A program made the position numbers and the translations under genes. Shown here piece after piece: positions 20,901 to 29,932 of a stretch of 48,782 nucleotides of DNA. The notes beneath the pieces were generated by a model that searched no databases, was not told the origin of the DNA, and saw nothing but the letters and a program-made list of their open reading frames with translations. This stretch comes from Bacteroidota bacterium (GTDB lineage: Bacteria; Bacteroidota; Bacteroidia; CAILMK01), in NCBI GenBank assembly GCA_036846145.1, contig DAIUCM010000005.1, forward strand, positions 11,032-59,813, in the 5' to 3' direction. Every line of letters starts with the position of its first letter. The stretch's first letter is position 1.

Positions 20901-21010
20901 TCCGGCTGCGGCAGGCATATTTTGAGGTACTCTTTTACCAGCGTAAAGGTTTTGCCGCTGCCGGCCGATGATTTGTACAGTTTGAGGTGTTGTGTTTCCG
21001 CGAGCGCCAT
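17954..21010 (-). CDS. UvrD/REP-type helicase with a C-terminal extension (AddA-like helicase-nuclease architecture)
   Basis: Walker A LYKSSAGSGKTFTL, helicase motifs (ITFTNAAASEM, DEFQDTS, IHKSKGLEFP, LLYVAFTRARERL) and about 250 aa C-terminal to motif VI. The start is set at the internal Met (MALAETQ...) at 21010 rather than the ORF-track 21079. Confidence 0.85.
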   Translation of the reverse strand: MALAETQHLKLYKSSAGSGKTFTLVKEYLKICLPQPEKFRRVVAITFTNAAASEMKERIVSKLEQLAMHEDLPYEQMLLNEGLTQAHINNAARLLEEILYNYADFHISTIDSFFHKILRAFSKELNLPMNFDIFLDTQEALDYAVDNFLYRSHMHADVHRVLVAYVRERIEQGSSWNVRSNLSRMAQELVKDNSILQGETDLAEIAAFIDELRALIAQFENRMDALGRKALQQIDEYGLCVDDFKYKGSGPAGHFQNILKNRKKYPPGVRFTRGLSESAEWLNAKALNARQCEEAIETFLMPIANEIFNLYTADYPKYISAKEVLRNIYTFAVYDELNKLLTEYRTENDVILVSDFTKIIAKHIINEDISFIYSKIGARYDHFLIDEFQDTSSLQWLGLRPLVENAVSQGSNCLLVGDSKQAIYRWRGGEVELIEKQISERDFPEQVSRLTLAQNFRSKTEVIHFNNRFFKSIKALFAKDIYEYKLLGQIFEDVEQQVGSKKAEGGYVEVQFFAKEGRGKESYNAKARQYLLDSIQNCLQSGYSLKDISVLVRDKKDANEVARTLFKENIAFITQDSLSVDHSPAVRLLFSLLFFLNDPRNDLAKTQITFLYLTYFEKPETEVTFSELLNDFTRHDDGLYARVLPTDFTKHIFELSLLPLYELVEELVRIFRLNREPDAYLQRFQDVVLEYALTKNQSIKGFLDWWQAGRYTVVLPEDQDAVQIMTIHKSKGLEFPVVIMPFCNWEFSSSRNTNILWVEPEEAPFNRFTRLPINHSKNLAESTFAADFEREEALISIDNLNLLYVAFTRARERLLISTHIHKSESEGIKNIAQLLATVLLPNEKLTEERVLQFGEPAVHHSEIVLNSTAEYLELPEYPVYAWRAEIDLEKLYNDDAENTLAHDILLSNLPSEANLFTYIESSESALGAVANLLLYQKNDPAIGKTLLIPGFGNFNPLKAFSFNNEIYLLHAVNDAFAEEDVLVAYRKYAEFLALKSGGKVKAYLLDLGGKKLELFFEA

Positions 21011-21216
21011 ATATAAAATACTCAAAAATACTTCAAATTTGCGGAATGCGGGAGCGAAAAGCACCGAAACGGCAAACAACCTTTGGCTACCCGAAGCATT
21101 TTTGGCGCTATGCCTATATGGAAACCTATATTCATTAATTTATGTGGTGTTTTAATAGTCCACTTTATGATGAAAATTTAAATATTTATAGATGGCTTAA
21201 TTTGTACCTTTGTATT

Positions 21217-21624
21217 ATGGTTGATATTCATGATAAGGCGACGCGCAGCTATAATATGAGCCAAATCAAGGGGAAGAATACAAAACCGGAAATCAAAGTG
21301 AGAAAATTTCTTTTTTCACATGGTTTTAGATTCCGTATTCATGATAAAAAACTTCCCGGAAAACCAGATATTGTATTACCTAAGTATAGAACAATAATTT
21401 TTGTGCAAGGATGTTTTTGGCATGGACATGAGCATTGTAAATATTTTAAACTTCCATCTACAAGACATGAGTGGTGGAAGGCAAAAATCGAAAAAAACAT
21501 TTCAAATGATAAAAAGACTCAAGAAACTTTAAAACAGCTTGGATATAAGATAATTGTAGTTTGGGAGTGTCAAATTAAAAATGATAGTTTTAAAGAAAGT
21601 CTAATAGAAGATGTCAGAAAATAA
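21217..21624 (+). CDS. vsr: Very-short-patch repair endonuclease
   Basis: RSYNMSQIKGKNTKPEIKVRKFLF...IIFVQGCFWHGHEHC...WWKAKIEKN is the Vsr signature (FxDGCFWHGH-like). The start is chosen at MVDIHD; the stop overlaps the dcm start by 14 nt. Confidence 0.85.
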   Translation: MVDIHDKATRSYNMSQIKGKNTKPEIKVRKFLFSHGFRFRIHDKKLPGKPDIVLPKYRTIIFVQGCFWHGHEHCKYFKLPSTRHEWWKAKIEKNISNDKKTQETLKQLGYKIIVVWECQIKNDSFKESLIEDVRK

Positions 21625-22819
21625 ATCTAAATATAAAGTTAAGAATATAAGTGAGCAAGAAGACTGGAGAGACAAAGTGTTTTCTAATCCTGAAGCTGAA
21701 ATAAGAATAGGGACTTTATTTAGTGGGATTGGTGCCGTAGAGCATGCTTTAAATAGATTAAAGTTAAAACATTCTATAGTTTTTGCTAGTGATATAGATC
21801 GTTTTGTCAAAGAAAATTATTTTGCAAACTATAATATATCACCAATTGATTGGTATGATGATGTGACTAAATTTAATGCCAAAAAGTACGAAGGAAAAGT
21901 TGATATCATTGTTGGCGGTAGCCCTTGTCAGGCTTTTTCAATGGTTGGTAAAAGGTTAGGCCTAGAAGATATAAGAGGTACATTATTTTATGATTTTGCA
22001 CGAATTGTTTCAGAAACACAGCCCAAAGTATTTATTTTTGAGAATGTTAAAGGCTTAATGAATCATGACGGAGGTAAAACATGGCAGGTAGTTCAAGATG
22101 TATTTAATGAACTTAAATATAATATTTTCTCAGATATTTTAAACAGTAAAGATTATGGGATCCCTCAACATCGTGAAAGGGTTTTTGTAGTGGGCTTTAA
22201 AGATCCGAATATAAAATTTGAGTTTCCCAAAAAAATTCAACTAGAGTATTCTATGCAGGATTTTCTTGAAGATTTTATAGAATCTAAATATTATCTTAAA
22301 GAAAAAGGAGTGAAGTTTGTTACAAGTTCAAAAAATAAGCAAAAACGATATACGCAGATAAATGGTGAAGTAATGCTTTGCCAAAAAGCCAACCAGCAGT
22401 TTAACTGGCATGGTGATTTTATCTATGAAGATGCGGATGATAACGATTTTAACGAGTTTGTCTTTGATATTGGCACTGTTGAAGAGAAATATTATCTTTC
22501 TGAAAAGGTAAAAACCTATGTTCTAAAAAATGGTACGAAAAATTTTAAAACAAGTGTTAAAACAGATTTAGAAATTGCCAGGCCTCTTTTACAGACTATG
22601 CACAAAATGCATAGGGCTGGAGTTGATAATTATGTAACGCATAAAGGAAGAATCAGAAAATTAACTCCGCGCGAATGTCTAAGATTAATGGGTTTCAGAG
22701 ATGATTTTAAAATTGCTGTAAGCGATACACAAATGTATAGGCAAGCCGGTAATAGTATAGTTGTTGATGTTTTAATAGCTTTGTTAAAGCAAATGGACAT
22801 TACCCAATTTGGAAAATAA
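21611..22819 (+). CDS. dcm: DNA (cytosine-5)-methyltransferase
   Basis: C5-MTase motifs in canonical order: I LFSGIGAVE, IV GGSPCQAFS, VI FIFENVKGL, VIII QHRERVFVVG, X AGNSIVVDV. The stop TAA overlaps the next ATG (TAATG). Confidence 0.9.
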   Translation: MSENKSKYKVKNISEQEDWRDKVFSNPEAEIRIGTLFSGIGAVEHALNRLKLKHSIVFASDIDRFVKENYFANYNISPIDWYDDVTKFNAKKYEGKVDIIVGGSPCQAFSMVGKRLGLEDIRGTLFYDFARIVSETQPKVFIFENVKGLMNHDGGKTWQVVQDVFNELKYNIFSDILNSKDYGIPQHRERVFVVGFKDPNIKFEFPKKIQLEYSMQDFLEDFIESKYYLKEKGVKFVTSSKNKQKRYTQINGEVMLCQKANQQFNWHGDFIYEDADDNDFNEFVFDIGTVEEKYYLSEKVKTYVLKNGTKNFKTSVKTDLEIARPLLQTMHKMHRAGVDNYVTHKGRIRKLTPRECLRLMGFRDDFKIAVSDTQMYRQAGNSIVVDVLIALLKQMDITQFGK

Positions 22820-24495
22820 TGCAAGAAATAAATATTCAGGGTATTCAATATAGTATTGTTGATAAGAAAGAAAGAATTACAATTGCCGATTCTTTTGTCT
22901 TACCATCAAATAAAATGGGTGGAGGTAACGGAGAGGCAAAGTTATACGTAGGGCAGAATGACTCAACATTAAGATCTTTTTTCGGCGAAAGAGGTTTCAA
23001 AGTTGATTGTTTTCTTTTGAAAGAAGATCTTCTTAGATTTATGAGTGAGATCAGGACAGAATATTTTGAACCATTTCAAAACTATAGAGAAAAAGAGAGT
23101 TTGCCAAAACTTTGGTTACAACGTTTAAATAAAGTAAAAGAATTACCAGAAAGGATTGATTTTAAATTTATTGACCAAGATCAAATTGCTGGCCCAAGGG
23201 TATATGTAAATTCAGATGGTGCAGGGTATAAATTAATTCGTGAACTGGCACTACCAGTTGTTTCATATTTAGATATTCTAAAGCTTCAAAATAATTCTAC
23301 ATTTAAGTATTATCTGAAATTAAATGTAGTTGACTCTGATATTACAATTGAGAAAGAAGTCGAAAATGAAGTGGAGTTTAAAATGCCCTTTGATCCAAAC
23401 AAAATAAAGGTTCGAACTATACCGTCAACAATTGGACAGATTATTCAAGACTTAGAAGATAAAATAATAAATTTAGACACAGAATTTCAAAGACATCCAA
23501 ACCTTTGGGATGAAAAAAAACAAAGTCGGTTTATTGAGTCTTTATTACTCAGATTGCCTATTCCTGCATTTTATTTTAACGAACGTGAAGAGAATTCGCT
23601 TGAAGTTATTGATGGTTTACAAAGAATAAGTACAATAAAAAATTTTGCGATTGATAAATCGCTTATTTTAAGAGATTTGGAATACCTGAAAGAATATAAT
23701 AATTTTTCTTTTGATCAATTGCCAAACTTATATAGTCGAAGAATTAAAACGTTCCCTATTATAACGTATGTAATTGAAAAGGATACTCCAGATGAGGTTA
23801 AATTTAATATTTTTAAAAGGGTAAATACTGGAGGTTTAGTTTTAACCCAGCAAGAAATCAGGCATGCAATAAATCAAGGGACACCATCCGAACTGGTTGC
23901 CGAGTTAGTACGTAGTAAAAGTGAAGAAATTGATGATAATGAAACTGTTATAGAATTAAAAGCGACACCTGAAGGTATTGCTTTTAAAGAAGCAACTGGC
24001 GATAAAATAGGGTCCTTTAGAATGGAGGATAGAGATTTTGCAACTCGTTTTGTTTCTTTTTATCTGATTCCATATACAGAATATGAACCTGATTTAGATA
24101 CTTTTTTAAATAGGGGAATGAGCAAAATTAGAGATTTATCTAAATACGAAATTGATGAACTAAAAAATAACTTTCGTGAAGCAATGAATTTAGCAAAGGA
24201 TATTTTTGGAGATGATGCTTTTAGAAAAAGATTTAATTTATCAGATAGCAGAAAACCAATAAATAAGGCCCTTTTTGAAGTATTAAGCGTGAATTTCGCC
24301 AAATTGTCTCAAAATGAAAGAAATATTTTACGCCTGAGAAAAGATATTTTTAAGAAATATTTGATGGAGTTACATAACAGACAAGATGGTAAGTTTTTAA
24401 GATCAATAACTCAAGGTACAGCTCAGAAAGAATCCGTTGATCAAAGATTCAGAGATATTGAGAAAATTATAAAGCAAACTTTAGAAAATGATTAA
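22819..24495 (+). CDS. DUF262 (ParB/Srx-like nuclease/NTPase domain) protein with about 190 aa of unknown N-terminal domain
   Basis: The central segment IIQDLEDKIINLDTEFQRHPNLWDEKKQSRFIESLLLRLPIPAFYFNE...LEVIDGLQRISTI matches the DUF262 DGQQR-type motif region seen in GmrSD/DndB/SspE families. No DUF1524/HNH C-terminus is visible. The stop overlaps the next start by 8 nt (ATGATTAA). Confidence 0.8.
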   Translation: MQEINIQGIQYSIVDKKERITIADSFVLPSNKMGGGNGEAKLYVGQNDSTLRSFFGERGFKVDCFLLKEDLLRFMSEIRTEYFEPFQNYREKESLPKLWLQRLNKVKELPERIDFKFIDQDQIAGPRVYVNSDGAGYKLIRELALPVVSYLDILKLQNNSTFKYYLKLNVVDSDITIEKEVENEVEFKMPFDPNKIKVRTIPSTIGQIIQDLEDKIINLDTEFQRHPNLWDEKKQSRFIESLLLRLPIPAFYFNEREENSLEVIDGLQRISTIKNFAIDKSLILRDLEYLKEYNNFSFDQLPNLYSRRIKTFPIITYVIEKDTPDEVKFNIFKRVNTGGLVLTQQEIRHAINQGTPSELVAELVRSKSEEIDDNETVIELKATPEGIAFKEATGDKIGSFRMEDRDFATRFVSFYLIPYTEYEPDLDTFLNRGMSKIRDLSKYEIDELKNNFREAMNLAKDIFGDDAFRKRFNLSDSRKPINKALFEVLSVNFAKLSQNERNILRLRKDIFKKYLMELHNRQDGKFLRSITQGTAQKESVDQRFRDIEKIIKQTLEND

Positions 24496-25606
24496 TAGAC
24501 TCAGAGTAAAGAATTTCAAATCTCATAAGAATACAGAATTAACATTAGGAAATCTTACTGTTCTAAGTGGACAAAACGGGGCCGGAAAATCTTCACTTAT
24601 CCAAGCATTACTTCTTCTGCGGCAAACGGATTTGAAGAAAAGATTAAATGAAATTTTGGATTTAAATGATCCACTATGCTATATTGGTAAAACAAAAGAT
24701 GCGCTATATCAGTACGCTGATAAAGATGAGGGTGATGAAATTGCTTTTGTTTTGTCAGGATCGCAAGGTGAACATTCTTGGATCTTCGAAACCTCTAGGG
24801 AGTCAACATATTTGCGGCGTGTTAATGATCTTATTGATAGTGAAGGTTATGAAGATCTGCCATTGTTTTCACCAAATTTTCAATACATAAGTGCAAGTAG
24901 AAATTCGGAGTATACCACAAATGATTATGAAGTAGAAGTTCTTAGGCAAATCTCGCTAAAAGAAGGTAAAGGTGAACTAGTAGCTCAGTATTTGGTGAAA
25001 TATGGAAAAAGCTTAAAAGTCATTGAGAGTTTAAGACATAATGATGAGCCCGATGAATTTTTATTAAGTCAAACTACTGCTTGGGAAAGAGAGATTAGCA
25101 AAGGAGTAAATGTAAATCCTAATACGGTAGGAGAAAACTATGAGATCAGATATTCATTTGATACAGAGAAATATGGAACTACAGATAAATTCTCGGCAAA
25201 AAATGTTGGATTTGGCCTTTCTTATTCTCTTCCAGTGATCGTTTCAGTTTTAGCTTCTAGCCCTGGTGCAATTTTATTTATTGAGAATCCTGAAGCACAT
25301 ATTCATCCTTATGGTCAAGCCAAATTAGCTGAATTATTATGTTTAGGTGCTCAAGCTGGTATTCAAATTATTGTTGAAACACATTCAGATCATATTATAA
25401 ATGGAATATTAGTTCAATGTAAAAAGTTTGAGAATAATGGTAAAGGAATTAACAGAAATAATGTAAAAATATATCATTTTGATAGGGAAGAACAGACACA
25501 TTCAACTGTATATACTGAAATAGAAATTAATGAGAGGATTAGGTTAAATAATAGACCTTTAGGCTTTTTTGATCAAATGAGCAAAGACTTAAGCTCTCTT
25601 ATTTAA
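24488..25606 (+). CDS. ABC-type AAA ATPase (AAA_21/DUF3696-like, OLD-family ATPase without a Toprim domain)
   Basis: Walker A LSGQNGAGKSSLIQAL; Walker B and D-loop region AILFIENPEAHIHPYGQ...IQIIVETHSDHII with the HIHP motif; 372 aa; stop TAA overlaps the next ATG. Confidence 0.8.
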   Translation: MINRLRVKNFKSHKNTELTLGNLTVLSGQNGAGKSSLIQALLLLRQTDLKKRLNEILDLNDPLCYIGKTKDALYQYADKDEGDEIAFVLSGSQGEHSWIFETSRESTYLRRVNDLIDSEGYEDLPLFSPNFQYISASRNSEYTTNDYEVEVLRQISLKEGKGELVAQYLVKYGKSLKVIESLRHNDEPDEFLLSQTTAWEREISKGVNVNPNTVGENYEIRYSFDTEKYGTTDKFSAKNVGFGLSYSLPVIVSVLASSPGAILFIENPEAHIHPYGQAKLAELLCLGAQAGIQIIVETHSDHIINGILVQCKKFENNGKGINRNNVKIYHFDREEQTHSTVYTEIEINERIRLNNRPLGFFDQMSKDLSSLI

Positions 25607-26532
25607 TGAATAAATTAATGAACACTTTTTATTTATATATAAAATTTCCAGATAATATTGAAGAATTAATAAATTCTGCAGATAAAAAAGATAATTTTAT
25701 TAAAGATGTTAAAATGCTCATTAATAGAGCAGATTGTGAGAGAGGAGCAATAGTTTATTATGATAATTTATCACTAGAAGTTTTTTTAGATGAATTAGAA
25801 GCCTATGAAGAGTTTTATGATACGTTGAGTTTAAAGGATATTATTCGTCTTCTTTTATTTAATAATGATGTACGCAACTGGAAAGATTACCAAAGACATG
25901 AATTAAATGAAGACATATTTTACTATAGAGAATGGGTTCCGGAAAATCGATGCTCAAATGATGATTTCCCTGCCATATTTAAAGAAGTCGCTGAATGTAC
26001 TTTTCAGATAGTAAATAAAGATCTTGAATTTTGTCTTCTAATATCCGTTGGACATAAACACACTAATAAATATATTTATATAATAAAAGATAATAGGTTT
26101 GGTGCGCCAATGTTAACTGCTTTTGAAGTAGTTAAAAACTTTAGTGATTTAGAAGAGTGGTTTAAGACCAAAAGATTAAAAAGAAACTATAATTTTGATG
26201 ATAATAGACATGTTGAAACTCATCCCGAATATAGAAATGGGAAATCACCTTTGATTAATGGACTTGCAGGTAAAAAAAATGCTGAAGAATTGTTGGTGGA
26301 TGCTGTTGGAGACCAAAAGGAATCAAAAGATCTAGTTAATTTTGATGGTTTACATAGCTGTTATATATGGTATGAATATGAAAATGCTAGTAATCAATAT
26401 CATGGTTATCATTTAGTAATAAATAATGGAACTAGGTATATTCGTGATGTTAAAGAGGAAGAAAAAATGATACCTGATCGAGCTAAGGAAATAATAGAAT
26501 ATAGAAAAAGTCTCACATCTATAACTGCGTGA
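25606..26532 (+). CDS. Hypothetical protein, 308 aa; last gene of the vsr-dcm-DUF262-ATPase operon with no recognisable motifs
   Basis: ATG overlaps the ATPase stop (TAATG); AT-rich; protein-like composition, including an acidic, aromatic-rich C-terminal half. Confidence 0.6.
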   Translation: MNKLMNTFYLYIKFPDNIEELINSADKKDNFIKDVKMLINRADCERGAIVYYDNLSLEVFLDELEAYEEFYDTLSLKDIIRLLLFNNDVRNWKDYQRHELNEDIFYYREWVPENRCSNDDFPAIFKEVAECTFQIVNKDLEFCLLISVGHKHTNKYIYIIKDNRFGAPMLTAFEVVKNFSDLEEWFKTKRLKRNYNFDDNRHVETHPEYRNGKSPLINGLAGKKNAEELLVDAVGDQKESKDLVNFDGLHSCYIWYEYENASNQYHGYHLVINNGTRYIRDVKEEEKMIPDRAKEIIEYRKSLTSITA

Positions 26533-26764
26533 AGGATGGAAGCGGTTACCCCGCAGCGATAGCGAGGAGTAAAAGCGGACAGCCTGACCCGCAGGGGCAC
26601 GCCCAAAAAGTCAATTAAAAATTATCAATTAAAAATTAAAAATTGGCTTCGCCATATATGCCATGGCTGAAAAATGCTTTGTACAGTGATCAGTTACAAG
26701 TAAAAAGTGATGTCTGCCTTTTGCGCTGAAAACTCCTTATTTTACCGCCTGCCGCGCGAGGAAT

Positions 26765-28195
26765 TTATTCTATAATTACTTTATTGTTGCTTATTGCGCC
26801 CTGTGCCGATATCTGCAAAATATACAGCCCTGCAGGGAGCCCGGAAACATCGGTATTGTAAGTGCCTGCATGGCTTGCGTGAAAGCGGATATTTTTTATT
26901 TCGCTGCCGTTGCTGCTAAACAGGCGTATGTTTATAGGAGATTGCGTATTGTGGTGGAGCTGTAAAAACAGGTTGTGGCTGGCCGGGTTGGGGTAAACCG
27001 TTGTACGCAGGGTTGCCGTATTTTCTGCCAAAGCGGTGTGCTGCAACTGGCAGCCTATGGCCGGCGCCTTGGTTGTGCCGATGGTATCTGAAACCTGTAT
27101 GAGCCTGTTTAAAATTAAATTATATTTGCCTTCACTGTTGGTTAAGATCACCACGCCGGTTTTCTTTTGCGGGTCAAAAAGCATCATGGTTCCTACGCCA
27201 AAATCGCCCCCGTTATGAAACCAGAATGTTCTTCCGCCGCTGATCAGTTTAGACCATATCAAGCCCTGTTTTGAATCTATAGCTGGTATTTGCGGCGTGA
27301 ATATTTCGTTTACGGTTGCTTCCTGCAGGAATTGTTTATTATCGTACAGGCCATTGTTGATATGCGCGAACATAAACCGTGCGACATCAATCACAGAGCT
27401 GCGCAGCTGTCCATCGGGATAATCGGGGTAACCATATAAGCCATAGTCGTAAAATGCGCCGTTCTCGTAACCATAAGGCCGCGCAATATTGGTTGTATCC
27501 AGCGCGGCGAGTTTCCAGGCGGTATGGCTCATGCACAACTCTGTAAATATCTTTTCCTTGCTGTATTGGTCGAAAGGCTGCCCGGAAATGGTTTCTACCA
27601 GGTAACCGATCAGCGCCGTGCCGATGTTGGAATATTCGGCTTTTGTTCCCGGCGCGCTGGCAGAAAAATGCTTCGCTTCATCGTAGTGTTTTCCTGCCGG
27701 CGTTAAATAATCCTGCAGAAACTCGCCCAGCGGAATCGGCGAATCGCCATTTACGTAATTGGGTATCATTACATCCCAGTTATCCCGTATGCCGCTGGTA
27801 TGGGTAAGCAGGTGCCTGAAAGTAATGGGCGTGCTTTTAAATTTGGGGTGATGTACTTTATAAGGCAGAAAAGTATTGATAGAATCATCAAGCCCGAATT
27901 TTCCTGCCTCGTACAGTTTCATTAAAGCCGCAGAAGTAAATGGTTTGGAAACCGATGCCAGCATGAAAATAGTATTTGGCGTTACAGGTTTCTTCTCATC
28001 TAAATTCGCCCAGCCGTAACCTTTCGTCCAGGCCAGTTTTCCATCTTTTATAATACATGCCGCCAGACCTGGAATATTGTTGGTTTTCATTTGCCCGGTA
28101 ATGTAATTATCCAGTGCGGTTTGGGCTTCTAGGTTTATGGTGAGGAAGCAGAATAAAAATGCTAAAACGGAAGCCTGTATTTTGCTGGTTTTCAT
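26765..28195 (-). CDS. Beta-lactamase-family serine hydrolase with a C-terminal T9SS sorting domain
   Basis: Signal peptide MKTSKIQASVLAFLFCFLTINLEAQ; SxxK active-site motif FMLASVSKPF. The C-terminal roughly 80 aa (VYPNPASHNLFLQL...VSGLPAGLYILQISAQ) is typical of the Por/T9SS C-terminal domain. Confidence 0.8.
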   Translation of the reverse strand: MKTSKIQASVLAFLFCFLTINLEAQTALDNYITGQMKTNNIPGLAACIIKDGKLAWTKGYGWANLDEKKPVTPNTIFMLASVSKPFTSAALMKLYEAGKFGLDDSINTFLPYKVHHPKFKSTPITFRHLLTHTSGIRDNWDVMIPNYVNGDSPIPLGEFLQDYLTPAGKHYDEAKHFSASAPGTKAEYSNIGTALIGYLVETISGQPFDQYSKEKIFTELCMSHTAWKLAALDTTNIARPYGYENGAFYDYGLYGYPDYPDGQLRSSVIDVARFMFAHINNGLYDNKQFLQEATVNEIFTPQIPAIDSKQGLIWSKLISGGRTFWFHNGGDFGVGTMMLFDPQKKTGVVILTNSEGKYNLILNRLIQVSDTIGTTKAPAIGCQLQHTALAENTATLRTTVYPNPASHNLFLQLHHNTQSPINIRLFSSNGSEIKNIRFHASHAGTYNTDVSGLPAGLYILQISAQGAISNNKVIIE

Positions 28196-28524
28196 GTTGG
28201 TTTGATTGGTTTAAGTGGTATGCAAATATATTAATTGCCTGTGTATTTTTACTTTTAGGATGGAATGAATTCCGTCTCTACAAAATTGGTCGTCCTTACA
28301 GGACTTTTTCGTAGTGCTGAAACCAGTACCGGAGGGACCGCCGATTCTATTGTAACGAATTTCAACCCGATGTTCTCAGAAAATCATTTAAAATTCATCA
28401 TTCATCATTCAAAATTTCTCTCAGTTTTCCATATATGTGGTGGCTAAAAAATGCTTTGGCAGTGAAAAGTACAGGCAACTTAGGGGATTGTGTTTCCGTC
28501 TTTATCATATTAAAAACCAACAAC

Positions 28525-29388
28525 ATGAAGCCGCAAACAAAAACCACAACCTTGCAAAGCAACTGCATAGCTTTTGTCATCTTATTCCTCTTCACATTTG
28601 CCATGAGCAATCAGCAGGCGAAGGCGCAATGCAAAGCGCAGTTTACCGTGAAATATATTAATGACAGTACCGTGGAAGTTACCGATACATCTGTAGTAAA
28701 CGGGCCTTACAAACTCGTTTTTAATACGGGATCTGGTGATACTGCCATGCGTAAGAAATTTGTTTATACTTATTATGCAAGCGGTTATTATACCATTTGC
28801 CTCGATGTTTGGGATTCTGCCGGCACATGTCATGACAGGATTTGTAAGGAGATAAAAATAAAAACCTGGGGTTGCCAGGCAAATTATACTTTCACTAATA
28901 AAGGTCCGCAAATTTCCTTTATCAACAAATCAGTGACTAATGCGGGTTTTACAAGCCATTGGGATTTGGGGGATGGCACAACAAGCCAGCTGGAGAACCC
29001 TGCCAAAGTGTACACATTGCCCGGCATATACACTGTTTGCTTAAAGGTAAAGGATACAGCCAATAATTGCGAAGCTGAAATTTGCCAGCCTGTTACAGTT
29101 GAGTTTATGGCCACCGGAAGCGCGAAAAAGAGAATCTCTGATCAGGTAAAATTATATCCAAATCCTGTAAATGACAGGCTGAATATTCAGCTGCCGGGAA
29201 ACATGAACAATGCAGCCTTAATTTTCACGGTTTATAATATGCAGGGCCAGAAAATGCTTCAGCTGAACTATCCTGCTTACAGTAAAACTGCCGAGCTGAA
29301 CACAACAGCAATAGATAAAGGTCTGTATATTTTACAGGTACAGTCTGCCGATGGCTTTATCTATGCATCTACTTTTAGTAAGCAATAG
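28525..29388 (+). CDS. Secreted PKD-like repeat protein with a T9SS C-terminal sorting domain
   Basis: The start is chosen at MKPQTKTTTLQSNCIAFVILFLFTFAMSNQQAKAQ, a signal peptide. The ORF-track start at 28435 lies inside the intergenic CCATATATG motif. Two beta-rich, Cys-containing repeats (YTICLDVWDSAGTCHDRIC / YTVCLKVKDTANNCEAEIC) precede the CTD KLYPNPVNDRLNIQL...GLYILQVQSADG. Confidence 0.7.
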   Translation: MKPQTKTTTLQSNCIAFVILFLFTFAMSNQQAKAQCKAQFTVKYINDSTVEVTDTSVVNGPYKLVFNTGSGDTAMRKKFVYTYYASGYYTICLDVWDSAGTCHDRICKEIKIKTWGCQANYTFTNKGPQISFINKSVTNAGFTSHWDLGDGTTSQLENPAKVYTLPGIYTVCLKVKDTANNCEAEICQPVTVEFMATGSAKKRISDQVKLYPNPVNDRLNIQLPGNMNNAALIFTVYNMQGQKMLQLNYPAYSKTAELNTTAIDKGLYILQVQSADGFIYASTFSKQ

Positions 29389-29420
29389 TTGGTTTTTGGT
29401 TTTACTTCTTTATTCAATAT

Positions 29421-29457
29421 AAAGGCTTCAGTTTTGTGCTGAAGCCTTTTTTGTTTT
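29421..29457 (+). terminator. Rho-independent terminator downstream of the PKD/T9SS gene
   Basis: AAAGGCTTCAG-ttttgtg-CTGAAGCCTTT stem-loop followed by TTTTTTGTTTT. Confidence 0.6.
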
Positions 29458-29634
29458 CTACTAGATAATGCTGGTTTGTGTGCCACGAAACCAGGGATAT
29501 CGCTACGAAACTTCGTGACCTGTGGCTCACAAGACACTTTTCTAACGCGTACCATTCATGCTAAATTGGTATTACTGTAAAAACGTGAGCCCAGTAATTA
29601 CCTTGCTAAAAAAACATTCCAGTTAGTTGTCTGC

Positions 29635-29746
29635 CAGTCGCTCCGCTGCAGCCGAGTAACTGATAGGCTTAGGCTTCTGGCATTTTGTGAATTTTTTTGG
29701 CCAGAGGCCTGGTGATACTTGTCACTCGGCTGGAGCCAAGCGACTG
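29635..29746. other. Imperfect long hairpin, possibly a structured RNA, in a roughly 450-bp gene-free gap
   Basis: CAGTCGCTCCGCTGCAGCCGAGT (29635-29657) pairs with ACTCGGCTGGAGCCAAGCGACTG (29724-29746), about 20 bp with one or two mismatches. It encloses sub-palindromes (GGCCAGAGGCCTGG) and a T-run. Confidence 0.3.
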
Positions 29747-29932
29747 AATTTCCAAACCAAAGCATTTTTCAGTATAAACAGATATGGAAAGTTAGATTAG
29801 TGTACTGTAAATCAATTATTTAATTTCCAGGTTCACATTATAAAAACTTAAATCTTTTTTTCTGCAAAATTGCAACAAACTAATTTCATTTATATGAAGT
29901 TGATTTTTCACATCTCGCTGTATATAAATCTG

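Noticed and set aside
17954-21079. The UvrD-like helicase as GajB of a Gabija defence system next to the ATPase operon
   Set aside because: GajB is about 500 aa and pairs with an ATPase-Toprim GajA. This helicase is 1019 aa with an AddA-like C-terminal extension, sits on the opposite strand with normal GC content, and the nearby ATPase lacks Toprim. It is more consistent with housekeeping recombination and repair.
26540-26610. GC-rich roughly 65-bp stretch at the right edge of the defence island as a tRNA fragment or att site
   Set aside because: No cloverleaf, anticodon stem or CCA-proximal acceptor features; there is only a short CCCGCAG direct repeat and no adjacent integrase.
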